Source of the DNA: Pseudogymnoascus verrucosus
Lineage: Eukaryota
Strand: one strand, 5' to 3'
DNA: 64,000 nt
NCBI GenBank assembly: GCA_001662655.1
Contig: KV460224.1
The stretch's first letter is position 1; each line of letters starts with the position of its first letter. The notes under the pieces were generated by a model that made no database searches, was not told where the DNA came from, and worked only from the letters and a program-made list of their open reading frames with translations. Made by a program: the position numbers and the translations under genes. This document shows positions 14,043-26,195 of this stretch, in pieces.

Positions 14043-15827
14043 ATGGCTACTATTGCTTCGATCAATCCATTTCCACATGATGTGCGCACTGCTTTTGAGG
14101 CCTATATGAGTAGTACTACCTACTATAACCGTGAGCAATTTACACACGAAAAATGGCACTGCATGCACACAATACTCGATAATCCTACTGCCTACATACC
14201 ATATAATAAAGAGAGCTCAAACCTTAAGACACGCACACTCTCTAGCTTTATGCTTATTAATAATAAGCTACATAAGCAAGGTGATATACGGCATCCACAC
14301 CCTAGAATTGTGGTTCTAAAAGAAGAGGTGTTTGATATTATCATACAAGAACACCTTAAGCTCTTACATGCAGGCCGGAATAAGGTGTGGCCTACTATAG
14401 AGCAACAGTTCTATGGAATAAAGCGAGAGGATGTTGAGTTTATACTCAAACGGTGTAAGAATTGCACCTTAAACAGACCAAATACTACGAAAGCTCCATT
14501 AGTTCCTATTATAAGTGGACGGGCGTGGGAGAGAGTTCAAATTGACCTAATTGATATGCGTCACGAGCCATCAGGGCAGTATAAATGGATTCTTCATATA
14601 AAGGATCACTTCTCAAAGTATACACAGCTATACCCATTGAAAAGCAAGCACGCAGAGCCTATTGCAGAGCGCTTTGCTCAATTCATTACAGCTTTCCTAC
14701 CTCCGAAGATTATGCAGTCTGATAATGGGAAGGAATTCAAAGGGGCTCTCCTTATTCTACTACGGAAGTATGGAATTCAGGTGGTAAATGGAGCACCACG
14801 ATCACCACAAACGCAAGGCCTAGTTGAGCAGGCAAATGGAGTAGTTGAGAATAAGCTCCGGGCATGGAAAATGGATCATGGGTCTACAGAATGGAAAGAT
14901 GGGCTGCTTGAGGTCACGCTTGCAATGAACACCCAAATCCACTCTACAATTGGGTGTGCGCCAGCTGAGCTTCTATTCCGAGAGCGGAGCTCACACATTG
15001 ACTGGCTCAACAGTCAGGCCCGGAAGGATCTATCAATTGGAGTTGAGCAGGAAGACCCAACTATGGGCCCGATATTTGAGAGTGATCTCGAACCCGAAGC
15101 TCTAATTGACCCACAGCTCCGCCAGGCGCCAGAGCTCTCAATTGAGCTCAGAATTGAGAGCTCCCACTCCGAGCCAGAACTCGGAATTGAGCTCCCAATT
15201 GAGAGCTCACATTCTGAGCCAGAACTCGGAATTGAGCTCGCAATTGAGAGCTCACACTCTGAGCCAGAACTCGGAATTGAGCTCGCAATTGAGAGCTCAC
15301 ACTCTGAGCCAGAAATTGGAATTGAGCTTCGGCGTAGGACCCGGGCTCGAGTTCCAGCTCAGCTTAGAACTGAGCTTCGGCTTACACCAGATCCTGTAAT
15401 TGAGAGAGCTATAGTAGCTACTCAACGAGCAAGGATTTCTATGGTGCGGAAGTATACAAAGAAGCATGATATTCAGCACTTTGATATAGGAGCAATAGTC
15501 TCTATAAAGGTTCCTCGAGAGGATAGAACCTCAACTGATAATAAGAGGCTATTTGCAAGAATTCTAGAAGAGCCTTACCCTCATAGGTATCGCATTCTTA
15601 CACCTTCGGGTGTAATACAACGCCTTATACCTACAAAATCACTCGGAGTTGTAGAGCAAGCTCTATGGTCTGATATCATTATTCCTACTTCTACAAAGCA
15701 AGTAACACTAGGGCTTGCAGCTAGAGAGGCTTCTACAAGCGCACGGGTTGGAATATCGTGTCAATGTAAGGGGCAGTGTAGTACAAAGCGGTGCCGGTGC
15801 TATAAGGAAGCAAAGGAGTGTAGTGTA
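14043..15827 (+). CDS. Integrase-like transposase (H2C2 zinc finger, rve DDE core, C-terminal Cys-rich CXC-like domain); 3' end in gap
   Basis: EHLKLLHAG..CKNC; VQIDLID..DHFSKY..QSDNGKEF..PQTQGLVEQAN; CQCKGQCSTKRCRCYK; architecture like KRBA2/SCAND3-type Ginger2 integrases. Confidence 0.88.
15129..15329 (+). repeat. In-frame 45-bp tandem repeat (about 4.5 copies) inside the transposase
   Basis: PELGIELAIESSHSE repeats. Confidence 0.9.
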
Positions 15828-17044
15828 NNNNNNNNNNNNNNNNNNNNNNNNNCTCACGGTTGGGCCGGAACATATCTTTCAATAAATACTCCAGGTTAAT
15901 CTTAGCACAACATTCAGCACAAAAATAAGGTATAGGGAGTGTTAATTGCTGCTGGTTTGAAACTGCATAGCATGGTTGTGCTCAGGTTTAAGCCATTAAG
16001 AATAATTATATCATTAACTAGGCATCTGTTATCTGCAAATTGATCTTAGTAGAAAAATGGTTAGAATCAGGGTACGGAGATGGTCCCACTGCCATGGGGT
16101 TGCTCTTACTCGCTTGGGCGATTACTGATATTTGCCCCACTTCGTATATTTGCCTCTCGGATTCGGTCGTATTCGCGCTCACTAGAACAGAACACGCACA
16201 TTTCTAACGTCATCACGTCGTCACCACCCACGACCAGACTTCGAAATCAAGTTCAAATAATTACAGTGCGTGGAAGGCTCGGGTGGCACCCATTAGGGAA
16301 TAAGTTGACAGTCGAGCAAGCTAAGACAGCGTTACGCCTATTCATTGCATAAAAATTATATGTGCTTTTACACAGAAGTAAAGGGGCAAAATACAACGCC
16401 CCATTACAGATGCTCATGTTAAGGCCCTTGCGCATGGCTTCTCTACGTGGGGCTTGGGTGAGACTCTAATTTATCAGTGCTGAGATCACTACCGCATCAG
16501 GTCCAATTGTGGCTTTCTCGCAACTCGTATTTCTCACCCGAACCGGACAGGCACTGTATACGAGTTTCAATCTCAGAGCGTAGGTCTTTGTATCTGTCTA
16601 GTTTTAGATAGGATATGTAGTGACGACGTAGTACAATGACAACGATCTGCATCTAGGAAGCTAGAGAAACCGACATTCTGGCAGAGGTGCGAGGCGAGTC
16701 CCGTCGAATTTGTTTCCCCTCGTACTCGCACCGAAGTCAGACTCACACGCATCCTCATATAACTCAAAGATTGCATCTCCATGTCTGTAATAGGTACTGT
16801 TATACCGGTTTATAACCGCCGGAATATATTCGTACGCAAACTGCGTATGGTGTACGAATGCTCATCAGCAACAAACCTTACGAAGTAATTATAATATAAA
16901 GTCCTTGGCTTTGCCAGTCTAGGGATAGGAAAACCAGACAGCCATTGATCTTTCATTCTTATTTTTACACCGAACTCGCTACTTCCACATTCAGACTACT
17001 GCACTCATCTCCGTTGCACACATAACTCTACCCCCTACCTCGAA

Positions 17045-17313
17045 ATGGAAACTTCCACTCTCGCAATCCTCCAGACACGTGATAACGAAAGCTTTTGGCA
17101 CAAGTACAAATGGTTAGTTATAGGCGGCGCTATCGCTATACCTATTCAACTCGTTGCACTATATTTCTAGTACGTATCTTTCGTCCCTCCTCCTTATTCT
17201 AGCTTTGTGGCAAGCGGGAACAAGGCATCGTATATCCTATACTAAGTGTTAATTTGTACAGTTTACGCTACCGAAAGCGCAAGAAGTCCTCAGGGATAGG
17301 CAGTCATGCGTAG
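17045..17313 (+). CDS. 58-aa single-pass membrane microprotein, two exons (17045-17169, 17262-17313)
   Basis: METSTLAILQTRDNESFWHKYKWLVIGGAIAIPIQLVALYFY-LRYRKRKKSSGIGSHA*; gtacgt donor, ctaag branch, tacag acceptor keep the frame; hydrophobic span followed by a basic stop-transfer. Confidence 0.6.
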
Positions 17314-19539
17314 GGTGGTTTACTTCGACCACTAGGAGGTAGATGCGGTTAAACAGTGGCAACTACAAGTCAGTTTTTAATCTCTTGGTGTTCGGTTTAG
17401 GCCAGACCGTTGAAGCGTGGCATGCGTACCTGCGACTGATGAATATCCGGTACTGGGTGCTTCTCCATACCAGTTGCAAAAACTGCTCGATGGCTTTTGT
17501 ATGAGAGTTTGGTTATGTTGTTCGTCTGCAGGAGGGGTGCGTTTGGATAAAAGCTGGCAGAAAGGGGCGGATACGTGTTCAGTCTTACAGTTGTGGGTCG
17601 AGAATTGAGTTGGACTGCAGAAACTGTTGATGCAACCGGCGAAGCTCTAGATATCTAAGCAATATGTCGTGTCTAATGCTAGTCAAGGTGGAATGTTATT
17701 AGTGCCTAATTGTTGTATGGAGGACTCCTCGCGCCAGCTCGTCGTCTCTCGTCTTGTCTGATACCTGATGGCCCTGTGTGGCTGGGAGTGTTGCTCGGTG
17801 ATTGTGGGCTATTGCTTTAAACCCTTTCCTTCGAATTCGAGGTCTTTTAAGTCGATGAAGTGGATGTAAGATGGCTTCTCTTTTAAGACCTTAGCATGAG
17901 GGTAGTGATGGAAGAGCAACATGCTTAGGGTCTCATTGAAGCCACCTACAAAACGAACCATCCAGTTTATCTAGCGAGCTTCGCCAGGAACTCTAGAAGA
18001 AGAGAAGAGAGATTCAAGCCCCTCCTGAACATCACCTTAGACTAGGAAGTGAGCCCAGCTACACCGTCCTCGAACAGCGGACATGGGCCCAAGACGGCCT
18101 CAACAATATTTAGGTGCCTATCGACGCAAAGTTCTGAAACTTGTGCATATAGAGATGGATGTTGTGATCAAAGTGGCCACTGCTGGGCATAGAGCGCAAC
18201 AGACAAGGGGTCTTCGGAAAGAGACTACGTGGTTGATTTGTAGGGTGGTGTTCTTATTAGTTCGGTTCCTAACGCTAGTTTACGCTCTATGTTGAGTTAA
18301 GGAGCACCAGTCAATCGGCCACGCCGCGACCAAGATTACACTGCTTTCAAATTGCCGTTTTAACTATGGCTGAAATCGCGCGTGCGGTTGCCATCTATAG
18401 CCGAATGTGGCAATAAGTTGATAGAGATAATAGCTTACAGCGATCACAGTGGTCCCATCTCAAGTTTCTGCTGGTTACCACCCGGTGATCACGGTGGTCT
18501 CGCCTCAAAGTTCTGCTAAAAAGTGCCATTATCCGTAGGTATACCGCCTACGGCTATGTAAATATACCTTGAGGTTATAGCGGCGAGAGGCTTGGTTGAA
18601 GCATTGTGCGCGGTGACTGGACTGAGCAATGGAATAATGATACAGGGAAGCATCAAGAGTACGACGGAACTCGACGCGCTACGAGAGCTCTTTGCGCAAT
18701 AAATGTTAAACCTTTCGCCGCGCTACTTGCAAGTGGATGAACTACCAGTAATATTTGTCAGACGGCACAGTCGAATGCTTCTCCATCGTCCCACCGCCAC
18801 ACCGCAGGGAACTGTTACATCGTGGTCCATCGATGTTCTCAACATCGGCAAACTACTTGTGCTCCAGCGCCACACGAGAATTAGAGGATTTAGGCTACTG
18901 GGATTTACATTGACAGCGTTTAGGTTAGCGGGTTTGGGTTGAAATGATTTAAGGAATTAAGGGATTAAGGAATTTAAGTCAACATATTTAGTGCAAGCCT
19001 TGAACCAGCACGTAGACATAGCTCAGACGTTTAAACTTAATACGCGAAGTAACATCTCAACCACCAATTAAGATGGCACTTAATTCCTAATTATAAGCAC
19101 TGAAAGTACCCTAAAAACAGAACAGTTAAAACTCAAACTCGAAACTAGTAATAGAGATGCGACTCACAGTCATTGGAGTATTTATAAGTACTACCCGATT
19201 GACAACAGGTTGTTGGTTGAAGTGGGCAACATAGTGGTGCTCAGCGGCTAAGTCGCGCTACCACTACTAACTACCTTAAAGATGGCAATATCATACTCAC
19301 CCGTTAAATTTCAGCAGCTAATCATCTCAAGACGGAGTTTAATTTATAAAAAATTATGTTTAACTATTTTGGGGAATTGAGTTTGCGCCAACCACAACAG
19401 GACGTGCCGGGCTTCAAACCCCGTTAAACGTCATCTAAAGCTCCGGACGCGTTTTTAACAGAGGCATGACTACTACGCAGCTAGATGCGACGATAGAAAG
19501 ATGTTTTTGTAGCTAGTTCGCCCTTGTGCGGAATACAGT

Positions 19540-20717
19540 CGCGAAGTATAGTGTCCTAGAGTCGGAGATCTACAAATTGATGGCACTTGGCTTGTAATGG
19601 GCTATATCTCTGCTTAGTTTAAGCTTAGTGATATAAGAGAAAGTTAGTAATAAAGGAATATATAATTAATACATTACTAATATATATAGGATCCTGTAAG
19701 CAAGCTCGAGCACCTACTTTATAAGATAATATTAATTTAACTTAAGAGGATAAGTCTAAAATCCTATCTTAAGCTTTAACCTCTAGGAATCTTAGGCCTA
19801 CTTAACACTTAAGGTTACACTAAAGTTCAAGTTCACAATTAAGATCACGAAGAGGGTACGTTTCCACATTAATAGATTATCAATACATTCCTAATGTATT
19901 CATAGTAGAATGCTATTATGACAAAATATTACTTAAAATATGCTGTTAGATAAAGAGAGCATCGAGCTTCAAATAGCTGCAGCTGAGGCTTGGCGTCTAG
20001 AAATAGAAAATGAAAAAGGTGTAGCTGAGGCTCGTTAGTTAGAGCTAGAAAATGAGAAGTTAGAGCTAGAGCTGATGAAGATGCGGAAGGATTTACAGGA
20101 TTCCTAGTAATCAATTGATAATGCATTAGTAATACACTCCGTACAGAATCCTCGCACTTGTCGTGTTCTGGTTGCGGTGGTATTGTAAGAGGAACCAGCG
20201 ACGTCTGCATAAAATACCCAGACCTCAAGGCGGGTGCTGAGGTCAAAGCGAGCCTTCTAAGTTCGATGAAAATTAGGCGAGCTTGGAACACCTGGCCCGA
20301 GCTAACCCCAGCGCCCAGCCTGACCTACTACCAGGACTGTGGCTGACCTAGACTGTGGCTCATTATGCTGTGGCTGAATTGTTGGGTGAATACGAATAGT
20401 TGTCACGGGGCTGTTAGATTCGAAGAGTAGTATAGATCTTCGGCGGCAATTGAAGGGAATCTTGATTCATCCATAGAATTATGAGAATATTTTACATTTT
20501 GCATATTCGTTCCGAGCACCGCCCCCTGAGCTTCAGCATCTGCTGGTCCATCGCCTCTGCCTCTACATGCTTACCTTGCAGGCGAAGACCCGTTGCTGCA
20601 CTAGAAACACCATCTTTGTATGTTACTACTCAATGACGTAATATGACGCAGCAAGCACCACGTCATCTCTGCGACCTTCACTATCATATAGGTGGGTAGT
20701 CTGCAGTCTGAACAACA
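19540..20717 (-). mobile_element. Possible LTR-retrotransposon relic (LTR-like 20401-20717 plus RIP-degraded internal sequence)
   Basis: TG..CA bounded ~317-bp segment (tgtcacgg..aacaaca) next to AT/TpA-rich decayed DNA; no TSD or recognisable RT. Confidence 0.3.
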
Positions 20718-20849
20718 TTCCGGCCTATGTCGACGTGTAATTCAATTGACATTCTATACTGTATCGGAGTCTTATCAAGTTGGAACACCCTCTCCCATAA
20801 CTTCCCTAAGAGCACTATCTAGGTTACACACAGGCCCCCTCGTTTGAAC

Positions 20850-21422
20850 ATGTCAGATAGCAAGGTAAGCGAAGAAGTCTTACGTCTTCACCATCTCCCT
20901 ACCTCCCGAGTCTCTCGTGGCCTGACTAACTTCTGTAGCAGCTCCCGCCCTACGGGCAGTTCTGCTGGTTGGAAGTCCCGGTCACCGACATCGAGCGTGC
21001 AAAGGACTTCTACACATCCGTGTTCAACTGGGAGTGCAGCCCGCAGGGGAGCCCTTCACCGCTGACTGGGGCGCGAGACGTCATTCATATGTTCACCAAG
21101 GGCGGCTTGCACGGTGCGTTCGTGACCGTCGCCGAGGACTGCATGGTGAAAGCATACGACGAGAAGAGCCCCGGCAAGGCGCCCGTGCTACCAACATTCT
21201 GCGTGGAGAGCATCGAGGAGACGCTCAAGGTGGTAGAGAGCAAGGGGGGGCGGTTGCACGTGTATGTGCATGGAGACTGCCTTTTCTTTTCTGGTGGTAA
21301 TATGGAGATGTGCTGACTAGGTGAGAAATAGGCCGAAGACGGACATTGGTGGCGGCATGGGTTTCTTCGCCCGTTTCATCGATAGCGAGGGGAATTTGCA
21401 GGGGATTTGGGCTCAGAATTAG
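20850..21422 (+). CDS. Glyoxalase/bleomycin-resistance (VOC) family protein, three exons
   Basis: MSDSK|LPPYGQFCWLEVPVTDIERAKDFYTSVFNW..SIEETLKVVESKGG..|PKTDIGGGMGFFARFIDSEGNLQGIWAQN*; canonical introns. Confidence 0.85.
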
Positions 21423-21779
21423 TGAACAGATATAAGTTAACGTCCCTCCCTTCGTAGCGAGAAGTGTACCCTGCCGAGAAAAATGATGGATACTTTGACT
21501 TCAAGTATCTCGAGATCTGTTCACACACCGATATCTCTCATATTTTGGCATAAGTCGTGTTCCATGGTGTTCCATGGTGTTCCATGGCTACTCCTGAACA
21601 CCCTGCACCCCCCGGACAACAACATCGGTATATAGTTCTTGGGTTTATGCAAGTAATACTTCATGATCAAGCACGCCTATAGTCCAAGTGAAGGAAGTAT
21701 GAATAACACTTTAAACATCTCTAAACTAAACCAAAAGACAAAACTGTTAGTGACACACATATCTCCGAGTCCTTCGAAT

Positions 21780-23227
21780 ATCCATATTTTGCAACTATAT
21801 TTTATACAAGGGAGAACTACCCTTTAATTAACTTAGGATCTTTACATTTTACTCTTTTATAATCAGTGTTCGGCACAGATCGCCAATGACCTAATCTGAT
21901 CCGGATCATGATCCAGATCAGACCTATCCGGCGTCTTTATGATCTATTCGTAGGATCTGAGGATATATCCGGATCATGCCAAGAGTAAGCCAAGAGTGCC
22001 AAGGCCACAGTAGTTGTAGAATTAAATCTGTAATACACCATTTAAATATTATAGGAAAGTGACGATTCCTATAAAAATGAGCGACTCTAAGTTATCAGAT
22101 TTACTAAAGAAGTTAAACAGAATTAAGTAAAGCAGTAGTTCTATGATGTCTTTACTTAATATAGAGGCCGCTAATACTATCCTAAAGAAGAGAAGAAGGA
22201 CGCTAAGGCTAATTTACTACAATTACCTATAGAACCTAACTCTAACGATGATTTATATATCTCCTATAGTATTTACTAAGAACTAGAATGGAAGCGCTAG
22301 CTTGTTAAGCCCTAGCTAGGTCTAGTAATAGATATTCTTAAATATTAGGCAGCAAAGCAATATTAGTATCTAATTATAGCTGCAATTGCTTAAGACCACT
22401 TAGCGATTCCTATAACATTAGCTCCATCTAAACAGGTATTTAGTAATAGAGCTGATATTCTTACGAAAAAGAGGAATAGGCTCTTACCTAAAACGCTTTA
22501 GTATTTACTTTGCTTATAAGATTAGGGTTATATACTAGAAGGGGGCGAAACTAAGGCCGAAGACGCTAATGACGAGAGGGAATATTAGTTATATAGCTAC
22601 TCTATTCTATTCTATTTATATATTTTAAGCCTCATTATCCTTAAGATCTAGATACAACCTATATCTATCCGTTAGACGTCTAATAGATCATGATCTATCT
22701 ATAGGGGCCACAGATTAGATCTAGATACAGGTTGCCAAACACTGTTTATAATTATACTTCTAACTAAACTTTGCTTTAAGTTCTATATAACACTTAATAA
22801 AGGTAGTAGTCTAGTTTATCTTAATAAGGCTTATACCTTGTTTAGAGAGTAAAAGGTCTACTATTTCTTATATGCTTTATAGCTAAGGTAGAAATCTATA
22901 TAAATCTAAGTTAAGGATGTACTAAACAAGAGCTAACTCTTTATATAGAGTCAACTTATATAAGTTAGAGGTAAAGTTACGTTATAAAGCTTTTCTATTT
23001 AACTAGTTATAAAGAGTTGTATATAGAACATTATACAACATTACACTTACTTAAATACTTTGAAATTAGCCTTATTTAATTACATTAATAGCTAATAGTA
23101 TTTAACCCTCTTAATTAGAGGATTAGGCTTATGTTAGTTATAGCATTTTTACATTTGTTAAGCTAATGCATTTTAGTGTTGTTAGTAATTGCTTTGCCTA
23201 TATAATCACTTTGCCTATAAAATACGT
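21780..23227 (-). mobile_element. Heavily RIP-mutated 5' half of a Fot1/Pot2 element, interrupted by a hAT derivative
   Basis: Aligns to about 2246-2803 with C>T/G>A changes; ends aaatacgt followed by TA. Confidence 0.85.
21864..22744 (+). mobile_element. Non-autonomous hAT element (881 bp, internally deleted)
   Basis: TIR cagtgttcggca / tgccaaacactg; 8-bp TSD TTTATAAT (21856-21863, 22745-22752); RIP-decayed hAT dimerisation motif AAIA.DHLAIP.T.AP...VFSN.ADILTKKRNRL at about 22380-22530; gatc-rich subterminal repeats. Confidence 0.92.
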
Positions 23228-23929
23228 TAATCTTAATTAGTCTTATTAAACAACTTTTATATCTATAAGATAAATATACTATAGTAACTTATTTCTTCTA
23301 TTAAAATGCTAACTATAAGCTAAAGACCCTTAAAGTAATTATTAAGGGTCTAATTCTACAATTAGTTAATTAATAGGAGTATCTTAAAGAATCTTTAAGA
23401 CACTATTATAACACTAGGTCTTAAACTATAAGACTTATAAAGGTTTTATTATATTAGTTTACTTAATAAAGGAGATAGGGGATTAGATATAAAGGCTTTT
23501 ATAAAACATATTACTAGTATATAATAAATACTATATTAAGTTAAGTATAAAGCTCCTATCTAAGAACTATCTATCTACTTATATAGTAGCGTTATACTAA
23601 AGGGAATAGTTAGAATAGTAGACTCTCTAACTATTCTTATAATTCCTACTAATCTAAATTATATATATATCCTATAAGAGGTACTATACTTATTATAGGT
23701 ACTAATTCCTATAGGTGCCTTTCTTAATAAGTACCTTCCTCTAGCTAAGTGCCTTCTTAAGAAGGTACCTTTTCCTAAAGGTACCCCTTCTAACTAAGCT
23801 ACTTATATATTATAGCTAAAACATATAACCTATATGCTATAAGAAAGAGTAATAAGGTAAAATAGCTTATAGCTAATTAGTAGTAGGAAATAGACATAGA
23901 GATTATAAGTAGCTTAGTTAATAAGGGTA

Positions 23930-25770
23930 ACGTATTTCCCGGGCGAGCTGGTCACCCGGGCGAGCTGGTCACCAAAACACACTAAAACGCGTCAACTCAA
24001 CTACAGACAACATGGCACAACCAACACAAGCCCAACCCTCTAATCAAGAGGGTAGAATTATTCTTGCTATTAAAGCAATTAAAGAAGGCAATATTAAGAG
24101 TATTCGAGCTGCTGCAATGTCATACGATGTCCCATTTGAATCGCTACGTACGCGACTTAACGGTGTTACTTCTCGACGCGACTCTACCCCTAACTCACGA
24201 AAATTAACTCCGTACGAAGAGTCAGCTCTTGTTCAGTATATCCTCGACCTAGACGCACGTGGATTTCCACCCCGGCCGCAAGCTGTACAAGAAATGGCAG
24301 ACCTACTACTCTCTGAACGAGGCAAGAGTCCTGTTGGGAAGAACTGGGCTACAAGCTTTATAACGCGTCGTACGGAAATCAAATCAAAGTTTAGTCGGAA
24401 GTATGATTATAAACGAGCAAAATGCGAAGATCCTAAGATAATTCAAGGGTGGTTCTCTCTCGTACGAAATACAGTCGCAAAATACGGCATCTTAGAGCAG
24501 GATATCTACAACTTTGATGAAGCAGGTTTCGCAATGGGAGTTATTGCTACTACAAAGGTAGTTACAAGCTCAGAAGCAAAGAGCCGTCCGAAGACTATAC
24601 AGCCAGGGAATAGAGAGTGGGTGTCAATTATCCAAGGTGTTAATTCGTACGGATGGGCACTCCCGCCGTTCATCATTTTCAAGGCACAGAATCACCTCTC
24701 TGCTTGGTATGAGGACTCGGGATTGCCAGACGATTGGGTGATTACACTAAGTGAGAATGGGTGGACTTCAAATTCAATTGGGTACGAGTGGATTCAACAC
24801 TTCAATCAGCATACAAATCCTCGTACGGTTGGAACCTATCGCCTTCTTATTCTTGATGGACATGAGAGCCACCTCTCTGCCCAATTTCAACACTACTGCA
24901 CAGAACAGAAGATAATTACCCTCTGTATGCCACCACACTCCTCGCACATTCTTCAGCCTCTTGATGTTAGCTGCTTTGCTCCGCTAAAGCTTTCGTACGG
25001 AAAGCAGATTGAAACCTTTGTACGGAACCGGCTAAACCACATTACAAAGCTTGAGTTTCTCTCTGCATTTAAAGAAGCATTTAAAGCTACATTTACAGAG
25101 CAGAACATTAAGAGCGGATTCCGAGCTGCAGGACTAGTTCCGTACGAGCCACAGAGTGTCCTCTCTCACTTGAATCTACGCTTAAGGACTCCAACTCCTC
25201 CTATAGTTGAGAGTAGCAATTGGACTTCAAAGACTCCTCAAACTATAAGGGAGCTTAACTTTCAAACAGAGCACATTAAGAACCGCATCGTACGACATCA
25301 GAACAGCTCTCCTACCTCAATTAATGATGCTGTTAGCTGCCTTGTTAAAGGGGCAGAAATGATGATGCATTCTGCTATTCTACTTAAGGCAGAAGTTAAG
25401 GCTCTACAAGCAGTAAATGAACAGAAAAAGAGGAGGGAAAGGAAGCGTAAGAGGCGTATAATGCAAGGGGGAAGCCTCTCCGTACGAGATGCAGAGGATA
25501 TCCTTCAAAGTGCCGAAGTTGATGCTCAAGTCCGTACGGAGGTAGCAAGTGAGAGTAGTCGGCAGGTGGGCTCTAAGGGCCGACAGAAGCGCTGTGGCCG
25601 ATGTGAGAAAATAGGACATAATACCCGTACGTGCGAGAGGCGCTAGGAATTAATTACGATCGAATAAGGGTTATTATGTAGGGTGGTGGTGTAGTAGTAG
25701 GCAGTAATAGTCAATTTTAGTGTTTTGGTGACCAGCTCGCCCGGGTGACCAGCTCGCCCGGGAAATACGT
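23930..25770 (+). mobile_element. Intact Fot1/Pot2-type DNA transposon
   Basis: Perfect TIRs acgtatttcccgggcgagctggtcacccgggcgagctggtcaccaaaacac; TA TSD (23928-23929, 25771-25772); uninterrupted ORF. Confidence 0.97.
24012..25646 (+). CDS. Fot1/Pot2 transposase, 544 aa
   Basis: HTH-psq N-terminus, YNFDEAGF, LILDGHESH, LQPLDVSCF, C-terminal CGRCEKIGHNTRTC. Confidence 0.96.
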   Translation: MAQPTQAQPSNQEGRIILAIKAIKEGNIKSIRAAAMSYDVPFESLRTRLNGVTSRRDSTPNSRKLTPYEESALVQYILDLDARGFPPRPQAVQEMADLLLSERGKSPVGKNWATSFITRRTEIKSKFSRKYDYKRAKCEDPKIIQGWFSLVRNTVAKYGILEQDIYNFDEAGFAMGVIATTKVVTSSEAKSRPKTIQPGNREWVSIIQGVNSYGWALPPFIIFKAQNHLSAWYEDSGLPDDWVITLSENGWTSNSIGYEWIQHFNQHTNPRTVGTYRLLILDGHESHLSAQFQHYCTEQKIITLCMPPHSSHILQPLDVSCFAPLKLSYGKQIETFVRNRLNHITKLEFLSAFKEAFKATFTEQNIKSGFRAAGLVPYEPQSVLSHLNLRLRTPTPPIVESSNWTSKTPQTIRELNFQTEHIKNRIVRHQNSSPTSINDAVSCLVKGAEMMMHSAILLKAEVKALQAVNEQKKRRERKRKRRIMQGGSLSVRDAEDILQSAEVDAQVRTEVASESSRQVGSKGRQKRCGRCEKIGHNTRTCERR

Positions 25771-26195
25771 TACCTTTAGGAAAAGGTACCTTTTATAGAA
25801 GGTACCTACTAAAAGAGAGGTGCCTATTAGGAAAGGCACTTATATAGAGCAAGGTGCCTCCTTAAGAAAGCACCTATAAGAATTAGTACCTATAATAAGT
25901 ATAGCACCTCTTATAGGATATATATGTAATTTAGATTAGTAGGAATAGTAAGAATAGTTAGAGAGTCTACTATTCTAACTATTCCCTTTAGTATAACACT
26001 ACTATATAAGTAGATAGTTATTCCTTAGATAGAAGCTTTATACTTAACTTAATATAGTATTTGTTATATACTATAATGTATTTTACAAAAGCCTTTTATA
26101 TCTAATCCCCTACCTCCTCTATTAAGTAAACTAATATAATAAAACCTCTATAAGTCTTATAGTTTAAGACCTAGCATTATAGCTATAAGTTATAA

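Larger units (their letters stand above)
13837..15872 (+). mobile_element. Ginger-type (retroviral-like integrase) cut-and-paste DNA transposon
   Basis: Termini tgttccggcccaaccgtgag / ctcacggttgggccggaaca; 4-bp TSD TATC (13833-13836, 15873-15876); single integrase ORF with no RT or gag; gap inside the 3' end. Confidence 0.88.
23406..26181. repeat. ~400-bp AT-rich inverted repeat (foldback) with ~90-bp spacer, split by the intact Fot1 insertion
   Basis: 23406-23815 is the reverse complement of 23903-23929 joined to 25771-26181 (e.g. aaggtaccttttcctaaaggta / tacctttaggaaaaggtacctt). Confidence 0.8.

Noticed and set aside
14043..15899. Gypsy LTR-retrotransposon pol fragment
   Set aside because: No RT, RNaseH, gag or LTRs; TIRs and a 4-bp TSD indicate a DNA transposon. 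The ORF-track extension past the N gap is not reliable
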